Positions 36,089-46,568 are shown, counted from the stretch's first letter. The stretch: DNA of 64,000 nt from an uncultured Gammaproteobacteria bacterium (GCA_964641255.1 CAZXMM010000001.1:601984-665983), one strand, 5' to 3'. The notes: generated by a model not told the origin, from the sequence alone. Made by a program: numbers and translations.

Positions 36089-38863
36089 CTATTTGGCCAT
36101 ACCAGAACTAACCCGAGCAAATTCAATAAACAGAAGGGTAAAGGCAACTATCATTCCAATTGGTGCATAGGTAGACAAGTAATTCTTTTTGCCTGGACTA
36201 TATTTGCGAAGCAGGAGAGAATTACCAACTACAGAAATGGAACTTAGGGCCATAGCTAGACCCGCCAGTTCCGGCTTAAGAATTAAGCCTAGTCCAATAA
36301 ACACTCGGGCTGCAACAGGAATGCCGATAACATTATAGAAAAGGGCAAAGAACATATTTTGTTTAATTTTGCCCATCGTATCTTTAGAAAGATCAATTGC
36401 ATTTACCACATCTCTTAGATCATTTTTTATAATCACAATTCCGCCAGTTTCCATTGCCACATCAGTCCCAGATCCCATCGCAATTCCCAGTTCCGCTTGC
36501 GCAAGCGCCGGGGCGTCGTTGATTCCATCTCCCACCATGGCCACCTTCTTGCCCGATTCTTGAAGTTTTTTAACCTCATTTGCCTTGTCCTGGGGAAGAA
36601 CCTCAGCCAAAATATTAGTTATCCCCACTTGCGAAGCGATGGCTTTGGCAGTTCGAGTATTGTCTCCAGTAATCATCCAGACATCAATTCCACGCTTCTT
36701 AAGCGCTTCTACAGCCTCCCGGGATGTGTCTTTAACTGTGTCTGCAACTGCCACGGCTCCTAGAATTTCTTTACTGGTAGCCAAAATCATGGCTGTTTTT
36801 CCTTGTTCCTCAAGGCGTTCAATTTTTCGTTCAATGCGATCAAGCGGAAGTTTGACTACATCAGAAATGAGTTTACGATTGCCAAAAAAGTAGGTCGTCT
36901 TGCCAATTTTCGCTTGTACTCCGTGGCCAGGAATGGCTTTAAAGTCGTCAACCTCATCAAGTTTTATGCCTTCCTCTTCGGCATATTTGCAGATGGCCTC
37001 GGCCAGGGGATGTTCAGATTTCTTATCAATACTGGCAGCAATTTTTAACACCTCGTCTTCATCAATTGGTCCAAAGTCCTCCACATCAGTTACTTCCGGC
37101 TTGCCTTTGGTCAGAGTTCCAGTTTTATCAAAAACAATTGCATTAACTTTGCAAGCAGCCTCCAGTGGCTCGCCACCCTTAACTAAAATTCCATGCTCAG
37201 CTCCTTTTCCGGTTCCCACCATAATAGCAGTGGGAGTGGCCAGTCCCAGGGCGCAAGGGCAAGCAATCACAATAACGGCAGTGAAGGCCATTAAGGCAAA
37301 GGAGAGTGGAGCACTCAACACAAAGAACCAAACAATAAAGGTCAAGGCAGCTACCCCAATTACAGCCGGAACGAAATAAGCGGAAATGCGGTCAGCAAAA
37401 GCTTGGATTGGAGCCTTAGACCCTTGGGCGTCTTCAACCAGTCTGATTATCTGTGAAAGTGTTGTTTCTGCTCCAAGTCTAGTGGGACGAAATTCAAAGC
37501 TGCCGGTTTTATTAATGGTGCCACCAATAACTGAGTCCTCTTCATGTTTTTCCACCGGCAAACTTTCGCCAGTAATCATTGATTCGTCAATTGCTGATGA
37601 GCCTTTGAGAATTATGCCGTCAACCGGAACTTTCTCACCCGGTCTAACGACCACTACATCGTCTTTTGTCACTTGATCAACCGGGATGTCAAGAGTTTGG
37701 CCATCTCTAATAACTCTGGCTGTTTTAGCCTGGAGTCCCATTAGCTTTTTAATCGCGTCTGAGGTTCTTCCTTTGGCTTTGGCTTCAAGCAGTTTTCCCA
37801 AGATGACAAAAGTAATTAGAAAGGCAGCGGTTTCGAAATATAACTCAGGAATCTTCATCCCATTTAGTCCAATAAACGAGCTGTTAATTGCAACATAACG
37901 AAGATAGCTAATCAGGCTATAGAAAAATGCCACAGAGGTGCCAATAGCAATCAATGAATCCATGTTAAACGTTCTCATTCGCAGTGCTGACCACATGCCT
38001 TTATAGAACCTGGAGCCCAGAACAAATTGAATCGGGGTGGCCAAAAGTAGAGAGACGATGCCAATGTAGGGAAGCAACAGTTTCGCTCCCGGTAGGAAGC
38101 CAAAAAAATCCAGAAGCATAAAGTAAAGCATCGGAGCTGAGAGGACAAGACCAGCTATAAAGTTGGTAAATTGTGTTTTGATTTCGGCTTGTTGTCTTTG
38201 AGTGTCAGACGCGGTATTTTTGGCGTCAACCAATTGGGCTTTGTATCCAGCCTTTACAACAGCTTGGGTTAAGTCGTCTACTTTTGCTGGACCTTCAAAA
38301 ACGACACTAGCTTTTTCCGCGGCAAAATTAACTCTCGCTTCCTTAACTCCAGCAACTTTTTTTAAGGATCTTTCGATAAGTGCCGCGCAGGAAGAACAAT
38401 GCATTCCATAAAGTGAGAGATTAACTTTTTGCACTCCTTGTGGAACAAGCATATTTTCCGGTTGTAGTGTTTCTTCTGTCGCTATTTCTTTTTCACTGCT
38501 CTGATCAGCCACTTTCAGTCTTCCTTTGAAAACAAGTTGTCCGTTATCATCTTTACCAAGCTTCCCTTCAAACTCCAGTTCTTTAGGCAGAATTAGTTGT
38601 ACTTGCTGCGGGAACGTCGCAATTTCTTCGACTCTTTTGTGGCCGCCAGTATTTAATATTTCCCCTTTGTAGCCAGCTCTTTCGATGGCAGCCAAAACTC
38701 CGGCGGTGTCCGCATTACCATTTACAAACTTCACCGTTCCTAGCCCTGATTTGTGATCGACCTGAATGTCAGAAATCCCTTGAAGTGCCAGAATTTCTTC
38801 TTTGACCAGCATTTCGCATGATTCACAGTGCATTCCAGAAACTTGAAAATCGAGTTTAGTCAT
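36089..38863 (-). CDS. copA: Cu(I)-translocating P1B-1 ATPase with two N-terminal HMA domains
   Basis: GMHCESCEM and [13 protein letters not shown] motifs. [27 protein letters not shown] and MALSS. Confidence 0.9.
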   Translation of the reverse strand: MTKLDFQVSGMHCESCEMLVKEEILALQGISDIQVDHKSGLGTVKFVNGNADTAGVLAAIERAGYKGEILNTGGHKRVEEIATFPQQVQLILPKELEFEGKLGKDDNGQLVFKGRLKVADQSSEKEIATEETLQPENMLVPQGVQKVNLSLYGMHCSSCAALIERSLKKVAGVKEARVNFAAEKASVVFEGPAKVDDLTQAVVKAGYKAQLVDAKNTASDTQRQQAEIKTQFTNFIAGLVLSAPMLYFMLLDFFGFLPGAKLLLPYIGIVSLLLATPIQFVLGSRFYKGMWSALRMRTFNMDSLIAIGTSVAFFYSLISYLRYVAINSSFIGLNGMKIPELYFETAAFLITFVILGKLLEAKAKGRTSDAIKKLMGLQAKTARVIRDGQTLDIPVDQVTKDDVVVVRPGEKVPVDGIILKGSSAIDESMITGESLPVEKHEEDSVIGGTINKTGSFEFRPTRLGAETTLSQIIRLVEDAQGSKAPIQAFADRISAYFVPAVIGVAALTFIVWFFVLSAPLSFALMAFTAVIVIACPCALGLATPTAIMVGTGKGAEHGILVKGGEPLEAACKVNAIVFDKTGTLTKGKPEVTDVEDFGPIDEDEVLKIAASIDKKSEHPLAEAICKYAEEEGIKLDEVDDFKAIPGHGVQAKIGKTTYFFGNRKLISDVVKLPLDRIERKIERLEEQGKTAMILATSKEILGAVAVADTVKDTSREAVEALKKRGIDVWMITGDNTRTAKAIASQVGITNILAEVLPQDKANEVKKLQESGKKVAMVGDGINDAPALAQAELGIAMGSGTDVAMETGGIVIIKNDLRDVVNAIDLSKDTMGKIKQNMFFALFYNVIGIPVAARVFIGLGLILKPELAGLAMALSSISVVGNSLLLRKYSPGKKNYLSTYAPIGMIVAFTLLFIEFARVSSGMAK

Positions 38864-38868
38864 AGATT

Positions 38869-39093
38869 TTAGTTGATAATATTTACCACTTGGTAATTAG
38901 TCATTTCGAGCGCCTTTTTTAATTCCTCTAAGGAAATCTCTCTATCAGCAGTAACTTGTGCTTCACTTTTATCCAGATCCACTTCGACCGAAGTTACCCC
39001 ACTTATTTTTTCAATCATCATCTTGGTTAATTTCTGACACGCCTGGCAGTGCAGCCCGGAAAGTTTAACTTTGAAATTGGTTTGTTGGTTCAT
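38869..39093 (-). CDS. copZ: HMA-domain copper chaperone
   Basis: 74 aa. [10 protein letters not shown] is the MxCxxC metal-binding motif. Confidence 0.75.
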   Translation of the reverse strand: MNQQTNFKVKLSGLHCQACQKLTKMMIEKISGVTSVEVDLDKSEAQVTADREISLEELKKALEMTNYQVVNIIN

Positions 39094-39107
39094 AAAACTA
39101 GAATTAT

Positions 39108-40934
39108 TTAATTAACTTGAATTGTTCCTCTGGGAACACCCATTGCACAGGTTATTTGATAGCTGCCAGCCTTTGGAGTGAATTCAAAAACTGTAGTTTT
39201 TCCCGCTTTTAAAATGTCAACTTTGTCGGTTAGACCGGGAATTGTAATGCTTCCCATGCACCCTTGGCCATTATCTTTGGCGAGGACTTCGAAACGGACT
39301 GGCTTACCTGCCTTAAGGGTAAAACTATTCGGACGAATGTCAGCACTTTGAGTATAGGTTGTTTTTATAACTTGGACATCTGCTTGTTGGACCTGGGTTG
39401 AAGGATCAGCGACAACTACTGGTTGTGCCTTTTTAGCTCCTCCTCCGCAACCACACCCGCCACTTTTTCCACAAGATCCACCGGCGGTTGGAGCAGTGGG
39501 GACTGAGGGTTGATTTTGAGCTAGTTCTGCTTGTGGTTGGGGAGCAGTTGCCCCAGTATCGTCAACCACATTAAATGATCCAGTGTACATTCCCATGCTG
39601 CAGGAAAATCGGATTGCCCCTGTTTGCGTCGGAGTAAATTCAATTATATTTTCACCGGCGTTGAGAGATTTTCGAATATTCAATTGCGAAGAAACAATGC
39701 TTGCTGAGCAAGTGTTAGGGTCAGTGGAGTTGATAAGCCACCTAACGGGAACATTTCTTTTAATTGTGAAGGCATTTGGTGAATAGCCGTCTCCTGATTG
39801 TGTCATTTTGATGACTTGGACTCCATTTTCTAGTTTAACATTAGGGTCGTTAACATTGGTGGCGGCAACCGAGGCGGGGCTAAATACCGTTGAAATTATT
39901 TCACCTGGATTAAAAGTGATACCAGTTAAGTTGTAGCCATTTTGAATGTTAAATATGGCCAACAAGATAACTACAATGCCCGCTGTTTTAAAAAATAATC
40001 GCGATGCGGCTCCTTTAACAACTGAGGTGAGTCCGCCCACTCCAAGAAGTCCCGGTGCAGTTCCCAGTGCAAATGTTCCCAAAGTTAAAGCTCCCGTAAC
40101 AGCATTGCCTGAGCCCATAGCAAATAGCACCATTGCTTGGGTAAAAGCACAGGGGAGGAAAAAGGTGGTTGCGCCTAAAATTGCTGCGTTCTTGTGACTA
40201 TATTCTTTCTCACTCTTTTCTTTAATACCAAAAAGCCGACTGATACTTTTAGGCAAAGTGAAATTTATCCCTTTGAGAAATGGAAAGATGTCTACCAATT
40301 GGGCTCCCAAAAGTAACATTACTGAACCTACAATTATGATTAATATTCCCAAAAGTGAGTTAGAAAGCTGGAAAAAAGATCCCAAAAAGCCAACTATCGC
40401 TCCGAAGATTGTATAAGAAACTATTCGGCCGGCGTTAAAAAACAGGTGCGGTTTGAATTTGTCTTTTGCGGATGCATTTGGGTGTTTCTCGGCAAACTTT
40501 GCTGAGGCTCCAAGAATTAAGCCGCCAATTAAAGCCATGCAAGTCGAAACTCCGGCGGTTAGGCCGATTAGGAAAACAATCGGCAGACTGTTGTAATTAC
40601 TTGAAGACACTAAATTTAAGTGGAAGAAACCCAATCCTTTGGCAACCAGAATTAGATCCAATGCCAGAAATATGGCAATGGCGAGGTCTTTGTAGTCGCG
40701 GGGATTTTTTGATAAATACGACCTGTCATCCTGCCCCAGTGAATATCCGGCATTAGTAACTGCCATTTCTACTTTTTGTGGGTCGATATTGGTTTCTGAG
40801 TATATTTCGGCAGTTCCCGCAGTCTGGCTGACAACAGCTTTTTTGACCCCGGGGATGCGTAAAAGTTCGTCTTCTACTAGAAGTTCACAACTCCTGCAGT
40901 GCATTCCTTTAATACAAATTGTGTCTTTTTTCAT
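39108..40934 (-). CDS. HMA-domain / polytopic permease / two C-terminal cupredoxin-like beta-domain repeats
   Basis: N-terminal GMHCRSCEL, central multi-TM region, Gly/Cys linker, then an internal repeat: IEFTPTQTGAIRFSCSMGMYTGSFNVV and FEFTPKAGSYQITCAMGVPRGTIQV. Confidence 0.5.
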   Translation of the reverse strand: MKKDTICIKGMHCRSCELLVEDELLRIPGVKKAVVSQTAGTAEIYSETNIDPQKVEMAVTNAGYSLGQDDRSYLSKNPRDYKDLAIAIFLALDLILVAKGLGFFHLNLVSSSNYNSLPIVFLIGLTAGVSTCMALIGGLILGASAKFAEKHPNASAKDKFKPHLFFNAGRIVSYTIFGAIVGFLGSFFQLSNSLLGILIIIVGSVMLLLGAQLVDIFPFLKGINFTLPKSISRLFGIKEKSEKEYSHKNAAILGATTFFLPCAFTQAMVLFAMGSGNAVTGALTLGTFALGTAPGLLGVGGLTSVVKGAASRLFFKTAGIVVILLAIFNIQNGYNLTGITFNPGEIISTVFSPASVAATNVNDPNVKLENGVQVIKMTQSGDGYSPNAFTIKRNVPVRWLINSTDPNTCSASIVSSQLNIRKSLNAGENIIEFTPTQTGAIRFSCSMGMYTGSFNVVDDTGATAPQPQAELAQNQPSVPTAPTAGGSCGKSGGCGCGGGAKKAQPVVVADPSTQVQQADVQVIKTTYTQSADIRPNSFTLKAGKPVRFEVLAKDNGQGCMGSITIPGLTDKVDILKAGKTTVFEFTPKAGSYQITCAMGVPRGTIQVN

Positions 40935-41018
40935 TTTTTTCTAATTAAAAACCAACTCTTGTTGAAGCGTTGGTTCTTGCTTACAAATGATTATGTTTGA
41001 AGGATACTAAAGTGAAGA

Positions 41019-41516
41019 TTAAGAAATTGTTAAGAAATGATGTGCAACTCCACCTGTCATTTGGGAAACGCACCATTTGGCGTAAAATCCTCCAAATAAT
41101 AGTCCCAGCCAGGCATTTTGTGCCGGAAGAGCATAATCAATTGACACATTTAGTAGTGACTTTTCTTCCTGGGGCGTGATTTGAACGACCATCTTATAAG
41201 GACCAACTACAAGTAATTTAGGATTATCCGCCGTTTCCCAAACCTTAATATTGGGCGGTTGATATTGGGTAACGACTTCATCCAGCCATAAGGAAAATCC
41301 CAAAGCCGTGCCCGTCATTGTAATATGAGAACCAACCTTTTTACCCTTCCCATCATCAACAGATGTAGTCATCTTTCCTCCGCCCATCATCCAGGACGAT
41401 TTTGCCATATGGGACGAAAAGAGAATAGGATCGTCAATAAAATTGAAAACTTCAGAAGGAGTAGCAGAGACTAAAACTCTTTGTTCATAGTGATATGGCA
41501 GCATTAAATTGAGCAT
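41019..41516 (-). CDS. SRPBCC (START/polyketide-cyclase-like) domain protein
   Basis: Size and general pattern only. Weak call. Confidence 0.3.
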   Translation of the reverse strand: MLNLMLPYHYEQRVLVSATPSEVFNFIDDPILFSSHMAKSSWMMGGGKMTTSVDDGKGKKVGSHITMTGTALGFSLWLDEVVTQYQPPNIKVWETADNPKLLVVGPYKMVVQITPQEEKSLLNVSIDYALPAQNAWLGLLFGGFYAKWCVSQMTGGVAHHFLTIS

Positions 41517-41521
41517 CCGAA

Positions 41522-41935
41522 CTAGTAAACATTAATCGTAAATTCCTTATTAAGGATCTCACCACCTGGCATGACCACTTTAGTTCTCACTGCCCATGGT
41601 CCGCCCATTGAAAGGCCACCAGTTGCTGCATATTGACCATTTCCTTGGGGAGTGGCTTCCCCCTGCTGTGTTCCCATATTCATGGTCGTCATATTAAGAT
41701 CAAAAGAAACTTTGGCATTGTCGACTGCTTTGCCATCTTTATCTTTGACTGAAATTACAAAAGTTGTCTTGCCAAGTTTTGGCGGGTTTGGATTTGTGGA
41801 AAGACTAATTTGTCCGTTTCCAGTTGCTGCCAAATTCCCATCCTGGGGCGAAGCAAAAATAAATTTAAAGCCCAGGATACCAACAATGACCACAATAACT
41901 AAGAGAATGATGGGTAACAAATTTTTGTTATTCAT
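41522..41935 (-). CDS. Secreted YtkA/FixH-like protein (possible Cu-binding)
   Basis: Signal anchor. VISVKDKDGKAVDNAKVSFDLNMTTMNMG. Confidence 0.3.
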   Translation of the reverse strand: MNNKNLLPIILLVIVVIVGILGFKFIFASPQDGNLAATGNGQISLSTNPNPPKLGKTTFVISVKDKDGKAVDNAKVSFDLNMTTMNMGTQQGEATPQGNGQYAATGGLSMGGPWAVRTKVVMPGGEILNKEFTINVY

Positions 41936-41951
41936 AATTTTCCTTTCTATT

Positions 41952-43022
41952 TTAAGTTACATTAATTAACATCATTAGTCCACCAGGTTCTTTGTGTTCA
42001 TTGGTCGTGTGGTGCGGGATGTGACAATGCAGCATCCACTTTCCCGGCCTGTCTGGAGTAAATTCGATATCATATCTTTCCCCAGGAGCTACCGATATAA
42101 CATCCTTTGTCCATTGTGCAGACTCTGGCACATCATTTCCATCGGTAGCAACAACTTTAAATGGAAAGCCGTGAAGATGCATTGGATGAATCATTTGTCC
42201 ACTGCCAATGAACCGCAAGCGGATCTTTTGTCCCACTTTCGCTTCAATGGTTTCTGTTTCCGGGTATGACTTGCCATTAATTGTGAAGAAGTTTCCGTCC
42301 ATTCCTGTTGCTGGCATTGCTGCATAAGTTTGGCCATCAATCACACGCCATTCGTTAAGCATTAAAACTTTATCAATATCTGGCTTTGACACAAGTCCGC
42401 CAGGAGGATCGATAATGAAGGCTCCAGAAAGACCAACTGAAATTTGTTTATCGCTGTCAAAATGGGAATGATACCAATATGTCCCAGCTGGCTTGGCAAT
42501 AAATTCATAAGTAAACGTCTCTCCCGGTTGAATTGGTTTTTGTGTCTCATCAGGAATGCCGTCCATATTGTTCGGAACTTGAATTCCATGCCAGTGGATT
42601 GTGGTTGGTTCTGGCAAATTGTTTTTAACTAGAATTCTTACTTTGTCTCCTTCTGCGACATGGATTAATGGTCCAGGGACTGTTCCGTTATATGTCCAGG
42701 CAGTTACCGTAACATCCTTGAGAATTGGCCAACGAACTGGTTCGGCAGTAAGGTTAAAAACCTTCACTCCATTTTCAAAAGTATACTTTAGCTCCTGTAG
42801 TCGCTGTTTTTCGGTTGCTTGGGCAGCTCCTTGTTGGGGAATAGCCTCCATTGCTTCTATTGCAGATTGGTTGGTTCCTGATGTTGAAAGTTGTGCTGGC
42901 GGATTTTTAAAGCTGGTCTGCCTATTATTGGATCCCAAAAAATATAACAAGGCGGCACCAATGACAACAAACACAATAATAAAAATATTTTTTCCGACAA
43001 GATAGTTTTGGAATTTATTCAT
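41952..43022 (-). CDS. Two-domain multicopper oxidase
   Basis: HWHG Cu-site motif (TIHWHGIQVP) and C-terminal HCHIPHHTTNEHKEPGGLM (HCHxxxH...M). Confidence 0.8.
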   Translation of the reverse strand: MNKFQNYLVGKNIFIIVFVVIGAALLYFLGSNNRQTSFKNPPAQLSTSGTNQSAIEAMEAIPQQGAAQATEKQRLQELKYTFENGVKVFNLTAEPVRWPILKDVTVTAWTYNGTVPGPLIHVAEGDKVRILVKNNLPEPTTIHWHGIQVPNNMDGIPDETQKPIQPGETFTYEFIAKPAGTYWYHSHFDSDKQISVGLSGAFIIDPPGGLVSKPDIDKVLMLNEWRVIDGQTYAAMPATGMDGNFFTINGKSYPETETIEAKVGQKIRLRFIGSGQMIHPMHLHGFPFKVVATDGNDVPESAQWTKDVISVAPGERYDIEFTPDRPGKWMLHCHIPHHTTNEHKEPGGLMMLINVT

Positions 43023-43488
43023 ATCGAATTTCTATATTATCACTATCCTTCATTAAGAAATTATTAAAATCCGTGTTTGGTTTCCCATTTACTGTCATTT
43101 TAACTTTTCCCCCCGCACCGTTACACTTATCAAAAACGCAAGTCTTGCTAAATTCCTTTCCCCAAACTTGAAAAAATCTCCCGAGTTTCGTTTGGTCTTT
43201 AGAAACTGTTCCGTTCATTTCCATGTGGATAACCCCATCTTTAAAGTCTGCAATATGCGTATGCATCGGCATCTCAACTCCTCCAAGACCAATATCTCGA
43301 GCCAGTTGTTGCTTTTCACCTTTAATGTAAATAGTTAGTTTTGGGTGCCAATGTAAACCATTCTCTGACACAATTAGTTCTTTGGGAATATTACTTTTTC
43401 TGGAGAACATAAATACCCCGCCAATGATAATTGCTACGGTTGTAAGCATTACTGCTCCTATTATTTTTGTCTCAGTAGTTAATTTCAT
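43015..43488 (-). CDS. Secreted His/Met-containing hypothetical protein
   Basis: Signal anchor. HWHP, MPMHTH, IHMEM. Confidence 0.35.
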   Translation of the reverse strand: MKLTTETKIIGAVMLTTVAIIIGGVFMFSRKSNIPKELIVSENGLHWHPKLTIYIKGEKQQLARDIGLGGVEMPMHTHIADFKDGVIHMEMNGTVSKDQTKLGRFFQVWGKEFSKTCVFDKCNGAGGKVKMTVNGKPNTDFNNFLMKDSDNIEIRYE

Positions 43489-43898
43489 AAAACTTCAACG
43501 TCCAACTTTTCTTTATGTTGATCATTTGCACAACCAGCAGTTATTGATCCGTTTTTTGTTGCCACAAATTGGATTGTCTTTCGTGATAGAGGAGGGATGC
43601 TCTCTGCAATATTAAACTGAACCAAATGCAGTCCGTGAAGGATATTGTCTTTATTTTCAACATTTAAAGTGACCGTGTCGTTTAGATTAACTTGAATCTT
43701 GGCTGGTTGGTATTGCTCTTTGCTGAGAGTGAGATTGAAGGCCTTAGTTTGAGCGGACACTTGTTTTGAAGGTGCAATTACTTTGAAAAATAAAACAGCC
43801 ATGACAACAATTGTGCCAAGTAATATCCCTGGCAAAAGAATATTATTGATTTTCGCAACCGGTTCCTCTTTTTCAATAATTTTAGGCTCTTTGGACAT
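43485..43898 (-). CDS. Membrane-anchored cupredoxin-like domain protein (start trimmed to MSKEPK)
   Basis: TLNVENKDNILHGLHLVQF...SITAGCANDQHKEKL gives an H...C...H pattern. Confidence 0.35.
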   Translation of the reverse strand: MSKEPKIIEKEEPVAKINNILLPGILLGTIVVMAVLFFKVIAPSKQVSAQTKAFNLTLSKEQYQPAKIQVNLNDTVTLNVENKDNILHGLHLVQFNIAESIPPLSRKTIQFVATKNGSITAGCANDQHKEKLDVEVL

Positions 43899-44388
43899 TT
43901 GAGTTAACTTTGCACTCTGCTGCTGTTTTGTTTTTAGCCAGTAGAATGAGTGAAATAATAAGCAACACAATAGACAAATATGATAGCTCCAACCCTCGAA
44001 GAGGCAGATAAAATAAACTTCCTGAGATCCCCAATAATGAAAGAATTGGCAATCCACAGGCTGCACAGCCACTAGTGGCCAGCCCAAGAAGACTGCTGCC
44101 GCCGACTACAAGATGGACATTACCCGTTTTTGAAAGTTCTCCAATTCGTTGAACCAAAATAGACAAATTAAGTCCGGTAAGTCCGGCTGTTAATAACAGA
44201 ATTGTTAAACCAAAACCACCCATTACTGACCACATCCCCAAAATCAGAGCTACGAAAAGATTCAATTTATAACTCACTGTATAATTCCCGATTAATGTAT
44301 CAAGGGCTAGGCGTGAATTCATAAAATATGTCGTTGCTAAGAAGTAGAGGACCGTAATTATCAGCGCTGGGAATAAAACCTTTCTCAT
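43882..44388 (-). CDS. Membrane protein with intramembrane CAAC motif, possible DsbB/VKOR-like partner of DsbA (start trimmed to MRKVLFP)
   Basis: LGLATSGCAACGLPILSLLG. Adjacent to the DsbA-like gene. Confidence 0.3.
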   Translation of the reverse strand: MRKVLFPALIITVLYFLATTYFMNSRLALDTLIGNYTVSYKLNLFVALILGMWSVMGGFGLTILLLTAGLTGLNLSILVQRIGELSKTGNVHLVVGGSSLLGLATSGCAACGLPILSLLGISGSLFYLPLRGLELSYLSIVLLIISLILLAKNKTAAECKVNSNVQRA

Positions 44389-44398
44389 AGTCGGATAA

Positions 44399-45139
44399 CT
44401 AAAGCGCTGAGAGTTTTTGATCGATAATTGTTTTAATTGTATTGTAAGGTTGAGCACCAATTACCGGAGTGTCACCAACAGCAGTGCTAGGGGTGCTATT
44501 AAATCCGTTTTTATTTGCTTCAGCAGTATCAGCTGTCACTTGAGCATTGTATTTTTGAGAATCTAAACACTGGTCAAACTGCGAACTATTAAGTCCAAGA
44601 TCAGCGGCTATCTTTTTCAGATTTGGGATAGAAAATGTTCCCTGATTTTCTCCACTTTGACTAGTGTAAATTTTGTCATGAAACTCCCAATATTTGTTTT
44701 GTTCCTTAGCACACATTGCCGCATTGGCAGTGTCTGTGGATTCTTTTCCAAGAAAAGCTAAGTTTTTAAAAACGAATTTGATTTTGCCCTTGTCAATATA
44801 GTCTTTCTTAAGCTGTGGCAGGACTTCCGAATGAAATTTTCCACAGAATGGACATTGGAAGTCACCAAACTCAACCACAGTTAGCTTTGCATTGGCATTC
44901 CCCAAATATGGATCGTCGCTTGTTACCTTGATATCAACTTTTGTTGGCGCTGGTGGTGCTGCATTGGGAGTGGGTTGTTGGTTAATTCCTGCAAGAGGGG
45001 CAGCAGCAAGGGCTGCGGTTCCTGCTACTCCCTTCCCCTCGAGGTATTGAATTTTAGTATACATTCCACCAACTCCGGCACCAAGAACAAAAATTACCAC
45101 GGCTACCAAAATTGAGATGATAGGATTATCGAACTTCAT
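44399..45139 (-). CDS. DsbA-family thiol:disulfide oxidoreductase (membrane-anchored)
   Basis: FGDFQCPFCGKFH thioredoxin-fold CPFC active site. Confidence 0.7.
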   Translation of the reverse strand: MKFDNPIISILVAVVIFVLGAGVGGMYTKIQYLEGKGVAGTAALAAAPLAGINQQPTPNAAPPAPTKVDIKVTSDDPYLGNANAKLTVVEFGDFQCPFCGKFHSEVLPQLKKDYIDKGKIKFVFKNLAFLGKESTDTANAAMCAKEQNKYWEFHDKIYTSQSGENQGTFSIPNLKKIAADLGLNSSQFDQCLDSQKYNAQVTADTAEANKNGFNSTPSTAVGDTPVIGAQPYNTIKTIIDQKLSAL

Positions 45140-45190
45140 TACTACACAGTGTAGTAGGTGTATTTTCTCTTGTCAAGAGGAGTTTGACAG

Positions 45191-46168
45191 TTATTTGGTG
45201 CTAAAAGGATGGGAAGAATTTTCAACTGACTGGTTTGGAGCAGACTTTTGGTTTCGTTCACACCATGACGCACAAGAATCATCATTTGGACAGACCATCA
45301 TGATATCCTTGCCGTCCTCGTGGTTTTCTATTGCGTGAACGGGCGTAATTGCAGCAAAACTAACAATCAAAATTGATATTACGGTAATAAGGATATTAAG
45401 TAGATGAAACTTTTTATAAATCACTCTTTTCTCAAGCAGTGTGTTAATCCGGACCTCAAACGTATCTGGTTCCCCAATTCCTAGTGAAAATTCAAATCTA
45501 TTTGAGTCTTCTATTAAAAGAAGTTTTCTCATTGCGGACAGCAGTGGCTGTCTTTCCCCTTGATGGTAGACGACAGATTGATCAGCGCGGACTTCTCGCT
45601 CAATGCGAAAATTTTGCACAAAATCTGCAAGCACCGGAAAATAGGGAAATAAAGCACGAGCAATCGATAATAGTGTTAAAACGAGCGGATCGTGATTGTC
45701 CAAATGACTTTTTTCGTGGAGGAGAATTGCTTCAAGCTCTTTGGTATTTACTTCTGAGACCAGGGTTGACGAAATGTATATTTTTGGACTTTTCATTCCC
45801 ATGCAGTAGGCAAAGAGTTTAGCACTTTTAACCTGTATTACCCTTTCTTTAATTTCCAGTTTTTTTGCAGTTTGCGAAAGTTTCGGATTCATATTCAGGC
45901 ATGGGATAAGACTTTTTTTATGGCGAGAAATCGTATAAAGGCTTAAAAGAAGCCTAACGATTGGAAAAATAATTGTTAGGAAGAAGAGTAAAATAAGAGC
46001 GATACCAAAAGTTTGAGGAAGTTGGAAAGATAAAGACTTGATTACGTTTTGACAGTAATAAATTGTGTGACTAATCGAAAGATGGAGGAACTTTTGAAAA
46101 ATAAAGAAAGCGGCTAAGCAGAAAATGCCAAGCAAGCCGGTAGCTACTAATAGACTTTTATTTGCCAT
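45191..46168 (-). CDS. BlaR1/MecR1-like M56 membrane metalloprotease with Cys/His-rich extracytoplasmic tail in place of a beta-lactam sensor domain
   Basis: AILLHEKSHLDNHDP (HExxH). C-terminal tail HAIENHEDGKDIMMVCPNDDSCASWCERNQ. Confidence 0.6.
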   Translation of the reverse strand: MANKSLLVATGLLGIFCLAAFFIFQKFLHLSISHTIYYCQNVIKSLSFQLPQTFGIALILLFFLTIIFPIVRLLLSLYTISRHKKSLIPCLNMNPKLSQTAKKLEIKERVIQVKSAKLFAYCMGMKSPKIYISSTLVSEVNTKELEAILLHEKSHLDNHDPLVLTLLSIARALFPYFPVLADFVQNFRIEREVRADQSVVYHQGERQPLLSAMRKLLLIEDSNRFEFSLGIGEPDTFEVRINTLLEKRVIYKKFHLLNILITVISILIVSFAAITPVHAIENHEDGKDIMMVCPNDDSCASWCERNQKSAPNQSVENSSHPFSTK

Positions 46169-46568
46169 TATCGGACAGCAATTTTAGTAACTGTTTCTTT
46201 TTCTCAGTAGGTAGCTTGTCAAGTGTTTCAGCAAACGAAGCTATTGCTGTATCACCATAAGACTTAAAAAATTTTTGGACGAATGATTGGGCAATATTTT
46301 TGCTGTAAACCTTTTTAGAAAGTTTAGGCGAGTAGTAAAAAGTTTGCCCAGACCCTTTACGGACAACCACCCCCTTATCGTTAAGTCTTTGAAGTATTGT
46401 TGCCACAGTCGTATAGGCCAATTTCTTAGATTTAGTTAATTCTTGCAGGACATCTCGTACCGAACAATTTTTCAGTTGCCAAACGATGTTCATTGCTTCT
46501 TGCTCCAGCTCACTCAGTTGCTTCGCGTTCATACTACAGATTGTAGGAAAGCATGATAGGAATTGCAA
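46158..46568 (-). CDS. BlaI/MecI/CopY-family winged-helix repressor (no C-terminal Cys motif)
   Basis: LSELEQEAMNIVWQL...VRDVLQEL...YTTVATILQRLNDKGVVVRK. Overlaps the M56 gene start. Confidence 0.7.
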   Translation of the reverse strand: MQFLSCFPTICSMNAKQLSELEQEAMNIVWQLKNCSVRDVLQELTKSKKLAYTTVATILQRLNDKGVVVRKGSGQTFYYSPKLSKKVYSKNIAQSFVQKFFKSYGDTAIASFAETLDKLPTEKKKQLLKLLSDNGK

